Source: a virus (taxonomy: Duplodnaviria; Caudoviricetes). Taken from it: a stretch of DNA of 64,000 bases. The DNA is taken from IMG/VR virus record IMGVR_UViG_3300020577_006105. One strand, given 5' to 3'. Below the pieces are notes generated by a model, which searched no databases, had not been told where the DNA came from, and saw only the letters and a program-made list of their open reading frames with translations. Numbering within the stretch: the first letter of the stretch is position 1; each line of letters starts with the position of its first letter. This document shows, piece by piece, positions 1 through 12,000 of this stretch. The position numbers and the translations under genes were made by a program.

Positions 1-546
1 CTCGGCATACTCAAAGTTGGTTGGGTCTGGTGGCCATGGTGACGTGGATGGTGGTGGTGTAGTGCTGTCAGTAAACAATAACACATCTCCGGCCGCAATG
101 GTCGTAGTGTATGTGTTGTAGTTGTTCTGTGCATAGTTGCTGGGTGTCTCTCTGACGCTGATGCTATCGGCTGTACCATTCGCAGTAAAAGCTGCGGCAA
201 GTTGCCCAATAACCAATCCATTGCCAACGCCCAAAAATGTATAGGCATTTGAGAACTTCTGAACAGTTGTTGAGATACCCGCACCCCAGCACAACAGACC
301 CGCAAGACCGTCTAATACAGCCACGTTTGGCGTCTCATAAACGTCTGTGCAATAACCGTAATACTGCTTCCAGAATGAATCATCTCGATGCTCGGGTGGC
401 GTTTTGAGCATTAGGTCGTTGGCCGCAGTTCGTGCCTTAATATCTGGCCATAATAAAGCACGAAAACGCCCGAATTTTTTCACACTTTCGGCTTGCATTA
501 AGCCGGCAATTGCTTTTTGTACGTCGTTTGGTCTTGAGTTTGTCAT
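1..546 (-). CDS. Virion structural protein, partial (runs off window start)
   Basis: Hand translation from ATG at 546 (GGAGAC upstream): MTNSRPNDVQKAIAGLMQ... stays open for 182 codons to position 1; continues the minus-strand structural cluster. Confidence 0.7.
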   Translation of the reverse strand, partial: MTNSRPNDVQKAIAGLMQAESVKKFGRFRALLWPDIKARTAANDLMLKTPPEHRDDSFWKQYYGYCTDVYETPNVAVLDGLAGLLCWGAGISTTVQKFSNAYTFLGVGNGLVIGQLAAAFTANGTADSISVRETPSNYAQNNYNTYTTTIAAGDVLLFTDSTTPPPSTSPWPPDPTNFEYAE

Positions 547-586
547 ATTTGTCTCCGCGTTGGAACTCGCTTGTCTACTTATACAT

Positions 587-3500
587 TTATTCGGGGGCTT
601 CCATGATATTCACTCTATCAGCGCAGACAACTAATGAATTTTGATATTGGCAGGCTGTCCTGACATTGACAAATCCATACACAACCTCATCCCTTGGCAT
701 ATTCGGATTCTCGGTCTTCCAGTATTCTCCTACGCGATTGTATGAATAAGCATGCGCTGTTCTCGAGTCTGGATTGTCAAAAGCATTGTATTGAGGATAG
801 CCCTGTGTAAATGCCCACAACGCACCCTGATATGTGGTCAATGTAGTTACTCCACCAGATGAAGGGAATCTCCACATCAAATCAAAGTCTTTGGTTTCAT
901 ACAAAACAGGCGCCTGTGACTCGCCAATATAGAAGCGCATATGTGACCAACCAAATGTTGACTGTGCTTCTGTTGCCATGATTTTACCAAAGATGACTTC
1001 AGACTTCTCTGTTGGCCATCCAAGAAAATCGGTTTCATTGATAACCGGCGTGCTCTTTCTACCAACCCAAACTTTAACATCTCTGTCTGTCACACCAATT
1101 CGAATCGGTGTGAAGTTATCAGTGATGTTATTGCTACCAAGGTCAGTATTGCAGCTAATGTAGTCAATATCAAAGGTGTAATCACCTTCGTCATCTAGTG
1201 CAGGAATAGCTTCATCGGATTCGCGCAAAACACCGCGCAATTGCAATGCAATCGAGCGCATGGTGCCAACCCAAGGTGGCGAGAATTTGTACGTAACAAA
1301 GTGCGCGTCTGCGCTAACATCTACGCTTTCAGAAAAAACAAAGTCAGTTGGTGCAGGGTTACTTACCGGAGACCAAGCCATGTACAGCTTCGTGTCATTA
1401 GTGTTGAACCCGGATGCATTCAGTCGCATTCTAACATAGAAATACACAGAGTTGTCTACTTCTACACCGTCGTCATCTGCTTTCCAGTAGATGACTGGGT
1501 CACCATCAAGCAATGCGTGTACTCGCAAGGATTGAGTTTGGCGAGCGAAGGTCGCAGTATCTGACTCGTTTTCAACGAATATGTTACCCGCCGCATTGTT
1601 GGTAAACGGAATTACGAAATCACCAGCAAGCCAATCTTCGGTTTCACCAGCACCTTCTTCGCCAGTCCAGTATGGACCATAGTCATTGCCCTCAGTGGTG
1701 CCTGCAAAGTTCCACACCTTCTTATTACCTCGTTCTGGATATACAATTCCACCGGTGTGTGTTAGAATTGTGACGTCATCACTCCAGCCAGCGTAGTTCC
1801 TGACGACTGTGTTGCTACCACTCGTTAGGGTCATTTCGGTGTCGTCAAAATCAAGCCTAACTCGATATCTACCATCAGCAATCTCAATACTTTGTCTTCC
1901 GTCTCCTTGAATGTGCATAAGATTGAATTCCATCATCCAGTTTTCAGCATTACTACATGCCTGTTCCCAGTCCGAACCAGTGTCTGTTCTGAATATCACA
2001 CTTCGTTCTGCGGGGCCGTCAAGGGTAATGAGCTCTCTCATTCCAATTTCTTCATTGGGTTCAGTGATGGCGGCCCAAGTAATCAATGGGTCGTTCTCGG
2101 ATGACATTGTGATTCCGCCAGAAAGCTGGTTTACATCAGTTGCGAAAAATTGCCATGGTGCAGGGTTGTTGACAAACCATCTGTCAAAATATGTTGTTGA
2201 CCACAGTTCATCAGTAATTGGCTGGTCGACTTTCTTTTGAGAGTATGACCATATTTCTGGTTTGTTGCCAATACCAGCAACAACCTGCTCGTTTGCTGCC
2301 GCCAAACAAGTAACAGGCATGCTGTAAGATTCGTTCACGCCAATAAACTTCGACCGCAACTCGGTTTCTACCAATGCAGCCTCTGTGTCTCCTAGTTCTG
2401 CGTCGTATTCTCGAATGTATTGCAGTATCTTGTTTGAGTCTGTGCCGATAAACAGGCGATTGTATTCACCGACAGCGCAAGTCAAACTGCCTGGTTCGGT
2501 GCTTTCCAAAAATCCTGTACCTATTTGCTCGAGTCCACTAGTGGTTTCAAGTGTTTCTGCGGCAAATCTATACAATCTTGGTTTGATTGCTGTGCCGGCG
2601 TAAACATGCGAACTGCTTTCGTGCTGGAATTTGAATTTGACCAAGAATGTCACTGGTAATTCCACATCATCCTCGGACAGAGAGAACAGGCTTGGGACAA
2701 CTACTGTACCGTCAAATCCCCAGATATTTCCAGAGTATCCACCTAGTGCAATATAGTCAGAAAGTGGGAGAATACTCAGTACGCCCTTCTCGCCATATCC
2801 TCCGATGTCATAAGCAAGTTCTAGCCTAGCGCCGTCCCAGCGATACAATACACCTGTTTTTCGAGACACTGTTACGTTGAATGTTGGTGACTCTGGCAAT
2901 GCACCACAGAACACAATCAATCCACGCTCGTTGTCAATACGATATGAATTGGCAGGCGCACCGTAGCAAAGGTCATCGCCGCCAAATGGGACAAATCTTG
3001 TCCACTCTTCACTGTCCACGGTAATGGTGATGTCATCTATATCGCGAACATACACTACTCTACCAAGGTCGTTTTCGTTTGGAGATGTGACTAAGTACGC
3101 ATCTCCGCTAGAGTATTCTGGGTCAGTACTTACTGTTAGAGTGTAGTCTTCATATGTGATGAATTCAATTCCACCTAAGTACAACCATTCTTTATCACTG
3201 CCGGGCGGTGTCCAAGTACACGAACACGTAAATAGCCTTTTGCTACCGGATGTGTCAGAAATGATTTCCCACAACGGTTCTGGTTGATTTGCATTGTTGC
3301 CATAATCTCTGAACTGTGCCTCAATACGCTTGATGCCATCGGCCAGTAAATCGTCGTCTGGTACATTTACGCCAATATCATTTTTGATGTATTCAAGATA
3401 AGGTGCCCAATTAGACCAACTAGAGCCAACACCGGCTTGAGACATTCGAATTCGAACATCTTTGACATCCGTAATTCTATCATTCAAGTCTAGCTTGACC

Positions 3501-6500
3501 GTGCTGTCAGCTTCCTTAGTTGTAGACAGCGTAGCACCAGAATCAGGGTTGACAATCGCAAGCTCACCGGTTGGTGCAGTGGTGTCAACGAGCGCAAGGG
3601 ATTGAGCAGTCACAGTCAACGGCTCGCTTTCGCTGATATTTCCGGCAGTGTCCATGACCTGTGCCCAGATTCTTCTTGCGCCATCCATGGACTGGTTTTG
3701 TGACAACATTTCTGTGTCAAGTTCGCCTTGAGAGTCAAGCGGCCAGCGGCCGTGCAAATACACTGTGTAGTGTACTGTGGTTGCCTCTGGGGCAACTGTA
3801 AGCCATGTTTGGCTTGTTGTGCCCATTACATAATATGGAGGTGTTTCATTTGGTTCATCAAGGTGTAAATACCATGTGGTTCCGCCATATGTAGTCCCTT
3901 CTTCAACCGCAATCTTGATGTTTGGATGCAATTCGTCATCTTCATCAAAATCTGTCGCTCGAGACCACGCACCCGACAGATTAACAATGTATACACCGTT
4001 CGCCGCCGAACTTGATTGTGCCACCAACAAGATTCTTTCACCATCAGACCAGCTTGAATATCCGTCTATTGTTCCAGGCGAACCATTAAGCACGACCTGG
4101 TTTGATGTCTGAACAACCTTGACCGTACTGAGTGTTCGGTATGCTACAAAGTGATTCCAATTCTGCCAAGGGCCGTATTGAGCGATACCATTGTCGCCTT
4201 CTTTGATAATTCTGAACGCCATGATTCCAGAATCACTATCATTGGCGTCGATGGCCAACAGAGCACTGCGCACTGATGGCTCCTGCACTTCTGAAATCTT
4301 CGGCCGCGTGCTTGTGTAATATCCAGGCGCAACACGGTCTACCAGTACATAATCTGATAGTAACGATGCGTTACCACTTAATCGCGCATGTGAGTCAGCG
4401 GAAAGTCTGCACTGAATATATGCACCATTAAGTGCATTGTTGTATCGTTCTGAATGATACAAAAATAGCTTGTGATACACCCCAAAAGCGCGTGTGGCAC
4501 CAATCAACCCGCCCTCAGTGAACCGTTGTAGTTCGCCCATGCGTTTTGCGTTTCCGGTTGCAATCTCACACCCAGAAGGCAACATTACAGACATCCACAG
4601 TTGTCTGCCCTCCGTGGCGGTTACTTCTGAAGTACACAGGTCAAATTGAACTAGATAGTTTTTGGACATCGTGTATCCAATAGTTGTGTGGAAACCATTT
4701 GATGTACCGTTGGTATGCCATTGGCTTACTGGATTACCAACTTGCTCGTCCTCAACATATTCGTAAAATCTTACCTTTGGTGATGTTTTTGGCTTGAAGT
4801 TGTTTTCTGTAGGTCGGATTAGTACTTCTGCAAGTTTTAGGTAAACATCTTCTGAGTTAATCAATTTGTTTACGCCAGTAAGCGTTATCAACTGATTAAA
4901 CATCGCTGATTTCCATGTCAATGGAGTGATGTCTAAATTGAATGTTCCAACCCATTCATCAATATACCAAGCAGTACCCAAGCAACTACCAGAACTTGTG
5001 GTTAGCTCAGTTATGATATATGGTGTTTCATTGATAACAAGGTTGCCGTCAGTAGTGGCACAAAACACAGAACCTTCATATGTATTGCCATTCAATACGA
5101 TGATGATAGTTCCGCTTGGGAACTCTCCATACGTATCTGCATCAGTAGACCTAACCCATATACCATCGCTACCAGTGCCAACTACAGAAACAGTGTAAAG
5201 GCCATTTTTTACTTGCTCTGCAGGGTCGTCGCCTATGACTAAAATAACATCATTCACGCGCACAGGAAACCCATCAACAGAGCTAGGCATGTTTTGTAAC
5301 GTGCCTGTAAAGACATACTCTTCACCAGCCAAGAATTCATATGCCAATCTTGCGTATCGAGCGTCATCAACTTCAACCCTGTTTCCGTATTGAACATGTG
5401 CATTAGTAGACAAGTCGTATGAACGAGTCCATATTCCGTTTGAACCAGAACCTACTGAATTGACGACATAGATACCATTCTCTGATGGATTGGTTTGATT
5501 GACACACAATACGCGATGGTTCACCGACAGCGGTATGCCGTCTACTGTATCTGGTGCCGAACCAAATGAAATGTTTTCTTGGGCCACGCATTGAACATTG
5601 GTATATGTCTCAGGCGCCGCAGGAATTTTAATCCACATGTCAGACTCATCGGTAATTGATGAAACCATTCTTTGCCCAATAAGGTGCTTGTGATTGTGCT
5701 GTGCTGTTTTGCCCTTGGTAAATCTTCTGAAGTGCGGCGAAGGATTGCCGTCTAGCGGCTTAACAATTGGTTCTGGCATCATGCTGAATGCTTTAAGAAC
5801 CGCGTGTCCTTGTGCTAAGTTGTTGTCTTCAGACCAATCGCTAAAATCACCATTAAGTCCTCCTCGAACGCCTGCAGCAACGTACCATCCGGTTCCGTTG
5901 ATGTTTCCACTTAATGGTAAGTCTAGTTTGTGACTGCCCCAAAATTCTCCGTCTTTTCTGACAACAATCCAAGTTCCGTGTCCTCTTCCCTTTGGGGGAA
6001 CAGTAGATACCTGAATGTTCCACTCTGTAAACGTTTCTGCTCCAACATCTTCGGAATCAATCGGTGCATATCTTCTCATCTTACGCTTGGTAAGGGTTCC
6101 ATCAGAGTGCCTCTGTCTAATTTCAATAGAGCGGTCTCTTGTTTTGAAGCAAACCATGATGGCTTCTGGTGAAGATGTTTCAACATCTTCGTATTCACAC
6201 CTCAATCCGGTTGGTATGCCGTTTTGAGCATAGTCTTGACTAAGCGTAACATAGAAGTCTCCAGAGTAGTGCGCAAGTTCAAAGTCAATGAATGTTCTCA
6301 ATCCAAATGATGGTATATACGCCTGGACCTCTGAATATGATATGCTGGATTCTGACGACGGCGCTCTTAGATACAATCGGTCGTTGTCGGCTATGGCAGC
6401 GTCGCCATATGCAGTTTCTGTGTAAGTAAACACACCAAAGTCTGTATCTAAATTGTCAGCCCAAAGATGGTCTGAATCGTCAATTTGAACGTGCGGGAAC

Positions 6501-8029
6501 TCTACTACTCCGGTATGGTTGCATGTACAGTCACCATAGTCACCACCTATAACAAATCTGCCAGCCGCCATCGCAAGTTCGTGGAACCAAACCAAACAAT
6601 CAACATTAGACCCAGCACCAACAATTGCGCCAAGATACGAAAAATCATCTAATGATTGAACAATGGCGTCTGCTATGACATACGAATCACAAGGAGAAGT
6701 ATTTTCATATTGTGTGATTTCACATGGTGTGATATAGGCACGAATCAGTGCCAGTCCATCATTGCGGTCTGTGGCATACATCTCAAGCAATCCCCCAAGA
6801 CGAATCTGCTCTGTGGCTTGCTCAGGTAATGTAGTAGTCAGAATGACATTTGGTTCCTTAACACCGTCGTGTAGTCGGTATAGCTGTGCAGTAGCTGCAC
6901 CATAGGCAGGAACATCTACGCGTACAATATACGCATGACCAACATTGGGTAAGTCCCATGCATTGTTGCCAATACCAATGTAAAACGTTGTTTCTGCTGT
7001 TGGATTGTCTTCAATCTCAAATTGGATAGATGCGTTGATTGCTATGTCCGGTCGCTTGAGGTCCAGGTCGACTTCTTCAACAGTTATGGCTGCCATGTTG
7101 GCACCAGCCGCGAAAGCAACAGGTGTATGAGCAGGAATTAGACCAATTGCTGTTCCAAATGTTTCTCCGTTGAACATGTAACCATATTTATAAGTGTGTT
7201 GTGCTGGATAGTGTGGCAATATGAGTCGTCTTACGCCTGGGTTGTCAAATCCAGCCCTTGTGCTATAAAATGCGTTTTCAACACCATCAACAACTGGCCT
7301 AAGTTCAATGATATCAGTGACATACCGAGAAACACCTGTGTTGTATCGCCCCGACGCATGTTCTTCAGAGGCCCTGAATTCCCATGTAGTTTTCTTCCCT
7401 GTGTATTCATCTGACACATTGATTGCATATGGCTTTCCTGGGGCGCCTGGTCGCTCTGACTGCCAGAAAATCTGGTCATACAATCCGTAGTCATTTGGAT
7501 AAGTAATAACTTGCGAACTTCCAGTCGCAAGAACCTCGGCCTGAAGATAAACCGCACTTAAGCCACCGGTTGCAGAAAGTGGCCAGCCTTCAATGACAAA
7601 AAATCCAGTAAACCCAGTTGTGCCGGCTTCTGCACCGTCGTCGTCCCAGCCGGTTCTGTATTGGTCTACTGATTCTCCAGTGAAAAACAATGGGTTGAGC
7701 TTTCGTCTATAGTTGTTGCTCGTGCTAAAGGTGGCTGGCGAAGCAGGCCAGTTTTCCACAACCACAGTATTGCTCGCATGAAACTCAGGGTCGTTACTGA
7801 GTCTAAGTGAAATAATTCTTGATAGTGCGACCTCTTCTCTTGTTTCTGTGTCAACAAGTTTGAACCCAATGACAATATCGTGTTGATTGTACGATGTATC
7901 AGCATCGTACAACGAAGAATCCGCGCTAACCTTGTCTGTGGAGTACACTTCACCTCTTTCAACAAAATCACCGCGCAGATAACTGCTTCTCAGGTTATCG
8001 GGTAGTAAAACTTGGACTTCTATTGGCAT
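587..8029 (-). CDS. Giant tail fibre / baseplate-associated structural protein (2480 aa)
   Basis: Acidic, beta-rich ORF. Three copies of a phage fibre repeat (DTVDGIPLSVNHRVLCVNQTNPSENGIYVV; SSVDGFPVRVNDVILV...KNGLYTV; GTIDGYSSWSDGERILLVAQSSSAANGVYIV..GAWSRATD). Propeller-like segments in the C-terminal half. Confidence 0.7.
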   Translation of the reverse strand: MPIEVQVLLPDNLRSSYLRGDFVERGEVYSTDKVSADSSLYDADTSYNQHDIVIGFKLVDTETREEVALSRIISLRLSNDPEFHASNTVVVENWPASPATFSTSNNYRRKLNPLFFTGESVDQYRTGWDDDGAEAGTTGFTGFFVIEGWPLSATGGLSAVYLQAEVLATGSSQVITYPNDYGLYDQIFWQSERPGAPGKPYAINVSDEYTGKKTTWEFRASEEHASGRYNTGVSRYVTDIIELRPVVDGVENAFYSTRAGFDNPGVRRLILPHYPAQHTYKYGYMFNGETFGTAIGLIPAHTPVAFAAGANMAAITVEEVDLDLKRPDIAINASIQFEIEDNPTAETTFYIGIGNNAWDLPNVGHAYIVRVDVPAYGAATAQLYRLHDGVKEPNVILTTTLPEQATEQIRLGGLLEMYATDRNDGLALIRAYITPCEITQYENTSPCDSYVIADAIVQSLDDFSYLGAIVGAGSNVDCLVWFHELAMAAGRFVIGGDYGDCTCNHTGVVEFPHVQIDDSDHLWADNLDTDFGVFTYTETAYGDAAIADNDRLYLRAPSSESSISYSEVQAYIPSFGLRTFIDFELAHYSGDFYVTLSQDYAQNGIPTGLRCEYEDVETSSPEAIMVCFKTRDRSIEIRQRHSDGTLTKRKMRRYAPIDSEDVGAETFTEWNIQVSTVPPKGRGHGTWIVVRKDGEFWGSHKLDLPLSGNINGTGWYVAAGVRGGLNGDFSDWSEDNNLAQGHAVLKAFSMMPEPIVKPLDGNPSPHFRRFTKGKTAQHNHKHLIGQRMVSSITDESDMWIKIPAAPETYTNVQCVAQENISFGSAPDTVDGIPLSVNHRVLCVNQTNPSENGIYVVNSVGSGSNGIWTRSYDLSTNAHVQYGNRVEVDDARYARLAYEFLAGEEYVFTGTLQNMPSSVDGFPVRVNDVILVIGDDPAEQVKNGLYTVSVVGTGSDGIWVRSTDADTYGEFPSGTIIIVLNGNTYEGSVFCATTDGNLVINETPYIITELTTSSGSCLGTAWYIDEWVGTFNLDITPLTWKSAMFNQLITLTGVNKLINSEDVYLKLAEVLIRPTENNFKPKTSPKVRFYEYVEDEQVGNPVSQWHTNGTSNGFHTTIGYTMSKNYLVQFDLCTSEVTATEGRQLWMSVMLPSGCEIATGNAKRMGELQRFTEGGLIGATRAFGVYHKLFLYHSERYNNALNGAYIQCRLSADSHARLSGNASLLSDYVLVDRVAPGYYTSTRPKISEVQEPSVRSALLAIDANDSDSGIMAFRIIKEGDNGIAQYGPWQNWNHFVAYRTLSTVKVVQTSNQVVLNGSPGTIDGYSSWSDGERILLVAQSSSAANGVYIVNLSGAWSRATDFDEDDELHPNIKIAVEEGTTYGGTTWYLHLDEPNETPPYYVMGTTSQTWLTVAPEATTVHYTVYLHGRWPLDSQGELDTEMLSQNQSMDGARRIWAQVMDTAGNISESEPLTVTAQSLALVDTTAPTGELAIVNPDSGATLSTTKEADSTVKLDLNDRITDVKDVRIRMSQAGVGSSWSNWAPYLEYIKNDIGVNVPDDDLLADGIKRIEAQFRDYGNNANQPEPLWEIISDTSGSKRLFTCSCTWTPPGSDKEWLYLGGIEFITYEDYTLTVSTDPEYSSGDAYLVTSPNENDLGRVVYVRDIDDITITVDSEEWTRFVPFGGDDLCYGAPANSYRIDNERGLIVFCGALPESPTFNVTVSRKTGVLYRWDGARLELAYDIGGYGEKGVLSILPLSDYIALGGYSGNIWGFDGTVVVPSLFSLSEDDVELPVTFLVKFKFQHESSSHVYAGTAIKPRLYRFAAETLETTSGLEQIGTGFLESTEPGSLTCAVGEYNRLFIGTDSNKILQYIREYDAELGDTEAALVETELRSKFIGVNESYSMPVTCLAAANEQVVAGIGNKPEIWSYSQKKVDQPITDELWSTTYFDRWFVNNPAPWQFFATDVNQLSGGITMSSENDPLITWAAITEPNEEIGMRELITLDGPAERSVIFRTDTGSDWEQACSNAENWMMEFNLMHIQGDGRQSIEIADGRYRVRLDFDDTEMTLTSGSNTVVRNYAGWSDDVTILTHTGGIVYPERGNKKVWNFAGTTEGNDYGPYWTGEEGAGETEDWLAGDFVIPFTNNAAGNIFVENESDTATFARQTQSLRVHALLDGDPVIYWKADDDGVEVDNSVYFYVRMRLNASGFNTNDTKLYMAWSPVSNPAPTDFVFSESVDVSADAHFVTYKFSPPWVGTMRSIALQLRGVLRESDEAIPALDDEGDYTFDIDYISCNTDLGSNNITDNFTPIRIGVTDRDVKVWVGRKSTPVINETDFLGWPTEKSEVIFGKIMATEAQSTFGWSHMRFYIGESQAPVLYETKDFDLMWRFPSSGGVTTLTTYQGALWAFTQGYPQYNAFDNPDSRTAHAYSYNRVGEYWKTENPNMPRDEVVYGFVNVRTACQYQNSLVVCADRVNIMEAPE

Positions 8030-8079
8030 TCGATAATATCACCACACACAATCCTTTTACAGTATTGTGTTTGTTCGCA

Positions 8080-9057
8080 TTAACCCAAAAGAGGGTCGTC
8101 TTCATATTGGTCTACAATTTCTGCTCCGGTTGCAGTGACCGCCATTGCGACGGGCAAGTCAGTATTGATTTCCATTGGCATGTAAACTGACAAATATGCG
8201 AAACCGTCGACATAATCGACTGTGTCTTCTTTATGGAATGCATACGATGCGTAGAACACCGAGCGCGTACTGTCTGTAGATACTTGTCGAGTCATCTCGA
8301 CTGCAACTGGTTCGTCAACAGTGTCGAGTCCAGCAGGCAAGTAAATGTGTAACACGGGTTCGACATCATCTGGAATAACAACATTGGAGATGATTTTGAA
8401 ATACATTGTGCGCTTTGTGGTACCAAGTCCTATTTCTAGTACCTGAAGCTCAGATTCACTGAGTCCTGCACGATATATTGGAACAGTTGAAATTACCGGA
8501 ATACCGAGACGCATTGGCCTTGGCACAGTTCTTGACGCATCATCAAACACCGCAATTGAGAACTCTGGCAATACACCGTTGCTTGTAACCACATAAGTTC
8601 CGCTTGACATCGCCCTGGCATTCATTGCAACCATGCTTGTCATGGCTTTGGCTGAATCATTAGGCATATAAAGCGTCACAATTGAGTGAGTACCACTTGG
8701 GTATATGTTGAGTTGATTGCCAGACGCCATGCATGTGCTTCTTTCGCACAACATGAAGACATCACTGACATTGAATGAGTTGTTTCCAATCATTTCAATG
8801 GCATCATTGAATTGTATGGTGTACCCCTCTGGTGCTGCGGTTTTGTTTGTAAACTGAACCACAACTGTATCATCGTGCTTGAATACAATGATGCTTAAAT
8901 CACCCTTGCGTATATTGATAGATTCGCCGCCCTTCATAGACATGATTTGGGCGTCGGCCATGTTACGAATTGAGAATTTAACCAATGTTTCGTGTGGGCT
9001 TTCAACACTGATGTTCAGCAGCGAATAGTCTTGTTTGGCAAAAATGCTAAAATCCAT
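8080..9057 (-). CDS. Hypothetical protein, probably structural (325 aa)
   Basis: ORF track; start codon 1 nt after the stop of the upstream gene. Confidence 0.6.
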   Translation of the reverse strand: MDFSIFAKQDYSLLNISVESPHETLVKFSIRNMADAQIMSMKGGESINIRKGDLSIIVFKHDDTVVVQFTNKTAAPEGYTIQFNDAIEMIGNNSFNVSDVFMLCERSTCMASGNQLNIYPSGTHSIVTLYMPNDSAKAMTSMVAMNARAMSSGTYVVTSNGVLPEFSIAVFDDASRTVPRPMRLGIPVISTVPIYRAGLSESELQVLEIGLGTTKRTMYFKIISNVVIPDDVEPVLHIYLPAGLDTVDEPVAVEMTRQVSTDSTRSVFYASYAFHKEDTVDYVDGFAYLSVYMPMEINTDLPVAMAVTATGAEIVDQYEDDPLLG

Positions 9058-9058
9058 A

Positions 9059-12000
9059 TTACTCCGATACCAAAACGTCTCCGTTTGGCAATAAAGAAAG
9101 TCCAGTCGGCTTCACAAGCGTTCCAACTCCCCAAATCAAATTGGTGTTGCCTTGTGCGGTCATGCGCATTAGTCGCGACGTTTTTCCGCCGCCAACCCTG
9201 TCATATATCGCCACCCAATAATGCACCCCGTCTGAATCTGGCAATGCCCTAACTGGGTCTCCAGAAATTGACAAATCTACTAGCGGAATATTGCCAGCAG
9301 CTCGACTAATTATTGATAGTCTACCACTGGTGTCACTTCCAGCCGCCGGCGCTGCAATCAAGATATTTCCAGTTGGTAGTTCATATGCTGACCCACCTCG
9401 ACCTTCTGGTAGCGCAATTACAGACGAACTAATAGTCCACGACCTATCTCCAGTGGGGCTGTATGCGATAACAGACCTGGTTCCACCAGTTCCCACCACA
9501 TAATCTTCTTCGGTAGTATACTGCACAGATTGCGGGCTATACAAGTTATCTAGCACCACATTACCGACGTATACGTCAAGAATTACAGTGCCAACCTGTC
9601 CGCCTGGTCCCTGCAGTCGAGTTTCGTTGGGGTCAAACACGCCGTCTGAATCATCAGTTTCATCAGGAACGCTTAAACCATCTTCAGCGGTCAAAGGACA
9701 TGTAGCAGCAGGAATATACCCGCTGCCATTTAGCGGTCCAAAAAGCACACCATATTCGTCTGTGAGCCAATCTGGCAATCCGCAATCTGACAGACCGCCA
9801 GGACCTCCGCCGTCGCCACCGCCACCTGAATTACTACCACCACCAGAACCACTATCTCCCCCGCCGCCAGAACCTGGGTCTTGTTCATCTCCGCTACTCA
9901 CTCCAGCATCTGTAATCGCACCTTCGTTGATAACTAACTTGATACTGTCCGTCCATGCGTTGATTTGTGCAACTTGTGCTGTACTAAATCGAACCTCTAA
10001 AGTCGCGCTCTTGCTGAGTGTGTCCGGGCCAAACAGCACTACGTTCACACTCGAGTCTCCAAAATTGATTGAATCAAGACCGCTTGTCAATGCCATTTTC
10101 TCCCTAGCCGACACATTGACGTTTTGGCTAAACATTACCCATAAGCGGCCTCGAGTTGGATTGTAGTAAGCACACAATGCGGCCAACGCTCTTTCTTCTT
10201 TGCGTAATCTCAAATTGCCTTGAATAACGAGTTCAACAGTTTCATCAAGATTGACGTGTGCCATGCGGTCATTGGCAGTATCGGCCACGATGACAGAATC
10301 ATCAAGATACACTGCATCAACAGGCGAAGAGTACCCCTGTGATACGCTGCCGTTCCAGACTTGCATTGGCGATACTGGCAGTTCTTGTCCATCGGAATAC
10401 GTTTCTTCTGGGTCTCCTCCAGAGTCAAAATCAGCATATATGTTGTTACCTCTGATGAATCTCCATTCACCAACATGTGTAACATCAGCAATTTTCAAGT
10501 CGTTAGGTGGAACTTCGGTGTCGGGGTCACAGATAACATTTACGAATGCATTTGCTTTGCTCCATGCCGCAATATTCTCTCCATCCGCTGGTATCTTTCT
10601 GTCCCATATTTTTGTATTCGATGCGCCAGGACTTCTGAATTGAAGTGCTAGGTCATCAACAAATGGCGCAGTTAGGTTGTCTGTAGAACTACGAAGCTCT
10701 ACAATAATGTCAATCCATGTACCAGTGTTGCCAGATGGATTGACGATACCACCGCTGACAAGATATTTGTTTGCGGTTGCCAATTCTTCTTCGGTTTCGG
10801 CTACCCTGGTTTGAACCGTAACATATGAATCAATGTCAGTAGTCCAAACAACTGTATCGTATTGAGTGAGTTCGTAATTGGAATTGAATCTAAATACCAA
10901 TCTTGCTGAATCTGCGTAATATGCATCATTCCATGCAAATATCGTACCTGTCGTGTCTGGTAAGCTCGCTCTGTATTCAACAACCCTTGTATCAGGAATA
11001 TCAGTTTCATCTGGAACATTGAGTTCAAATGTCATTTCTTTGACATCCCAACCATATTCGGTGTCCCAAATAAATCCGATACCATTCACATTCAAAAGCT
11101 CTGTGGATTCATTGATGAACTCAGTTAGATTTTTGACCGCAAACAAGTCGTTACCAGTGTCGTCGTCGGCATCATGAATTTTCACCAACTTGGACAGCAT
11201 CAATGTTACTTCTGCGCCGGTCGTGGTGACAACTTCTTCCGATGTCCCACCAGACTCCAGCAACAAATACATGTAGATGTCACCTTGCACATTTTCAATG
11301 CCAAGGTTGTATCCAACCATGATTTTTGTTTTGTCAGTCCAGTCTTCACTGGAACCAAATTCGTAATAAAAATGTCGCCTGACGTCATAGTCGTCACTGA
11401 CTTGTGTTGGTGGCGGAGAGACTGGTAACTTGGTGGCATTATCTGTGAAAACATATGCTGTTGTCCAATCGGTTAAATCACTTGTGGCCACTCGATTGTA
11501 ATTCAGTGGCCTTTCAATGGTAATTCCACCATCAATACCATCGCCTGTTACCTCAATATTTCGCGTCTCTGGGTCTGGAGATATAACACGCGCCAATCCT
11601 AAGTCCAGCGCAGTTGTGAAGTCAGTATCTGTTATCCACGCAATCGCGTCACTATTGATTGGACTGCTAAGACTTCCTCTAATTTCTCGGTTATCCTTGT
11701 CAATGATGGCAAGCTCAATATTGCTTGGCACATACGGTGTGCCAATTCCAACCAATCCATATGATGCATAGTCTTCATAGTATGAAGCATAGCTATCTGG
11801 GGTTACTCCGGGCACATATAGAATTGCGTTGACGGTTTTGGCGTCAATATCGCTCCATCCGTCTCGCTTTTTAGCAGCCAAACCAAATTGGAGTATGTTA
11901 ACACCAAAAAGGTCTGATAGTCTGTCGCTGTAATCTATTTCCAAGGCCGCGAGCAAGCTGTCTATCTCTGCGTGCGTTAGCGTGCCTCTTCTGGTCAGCG

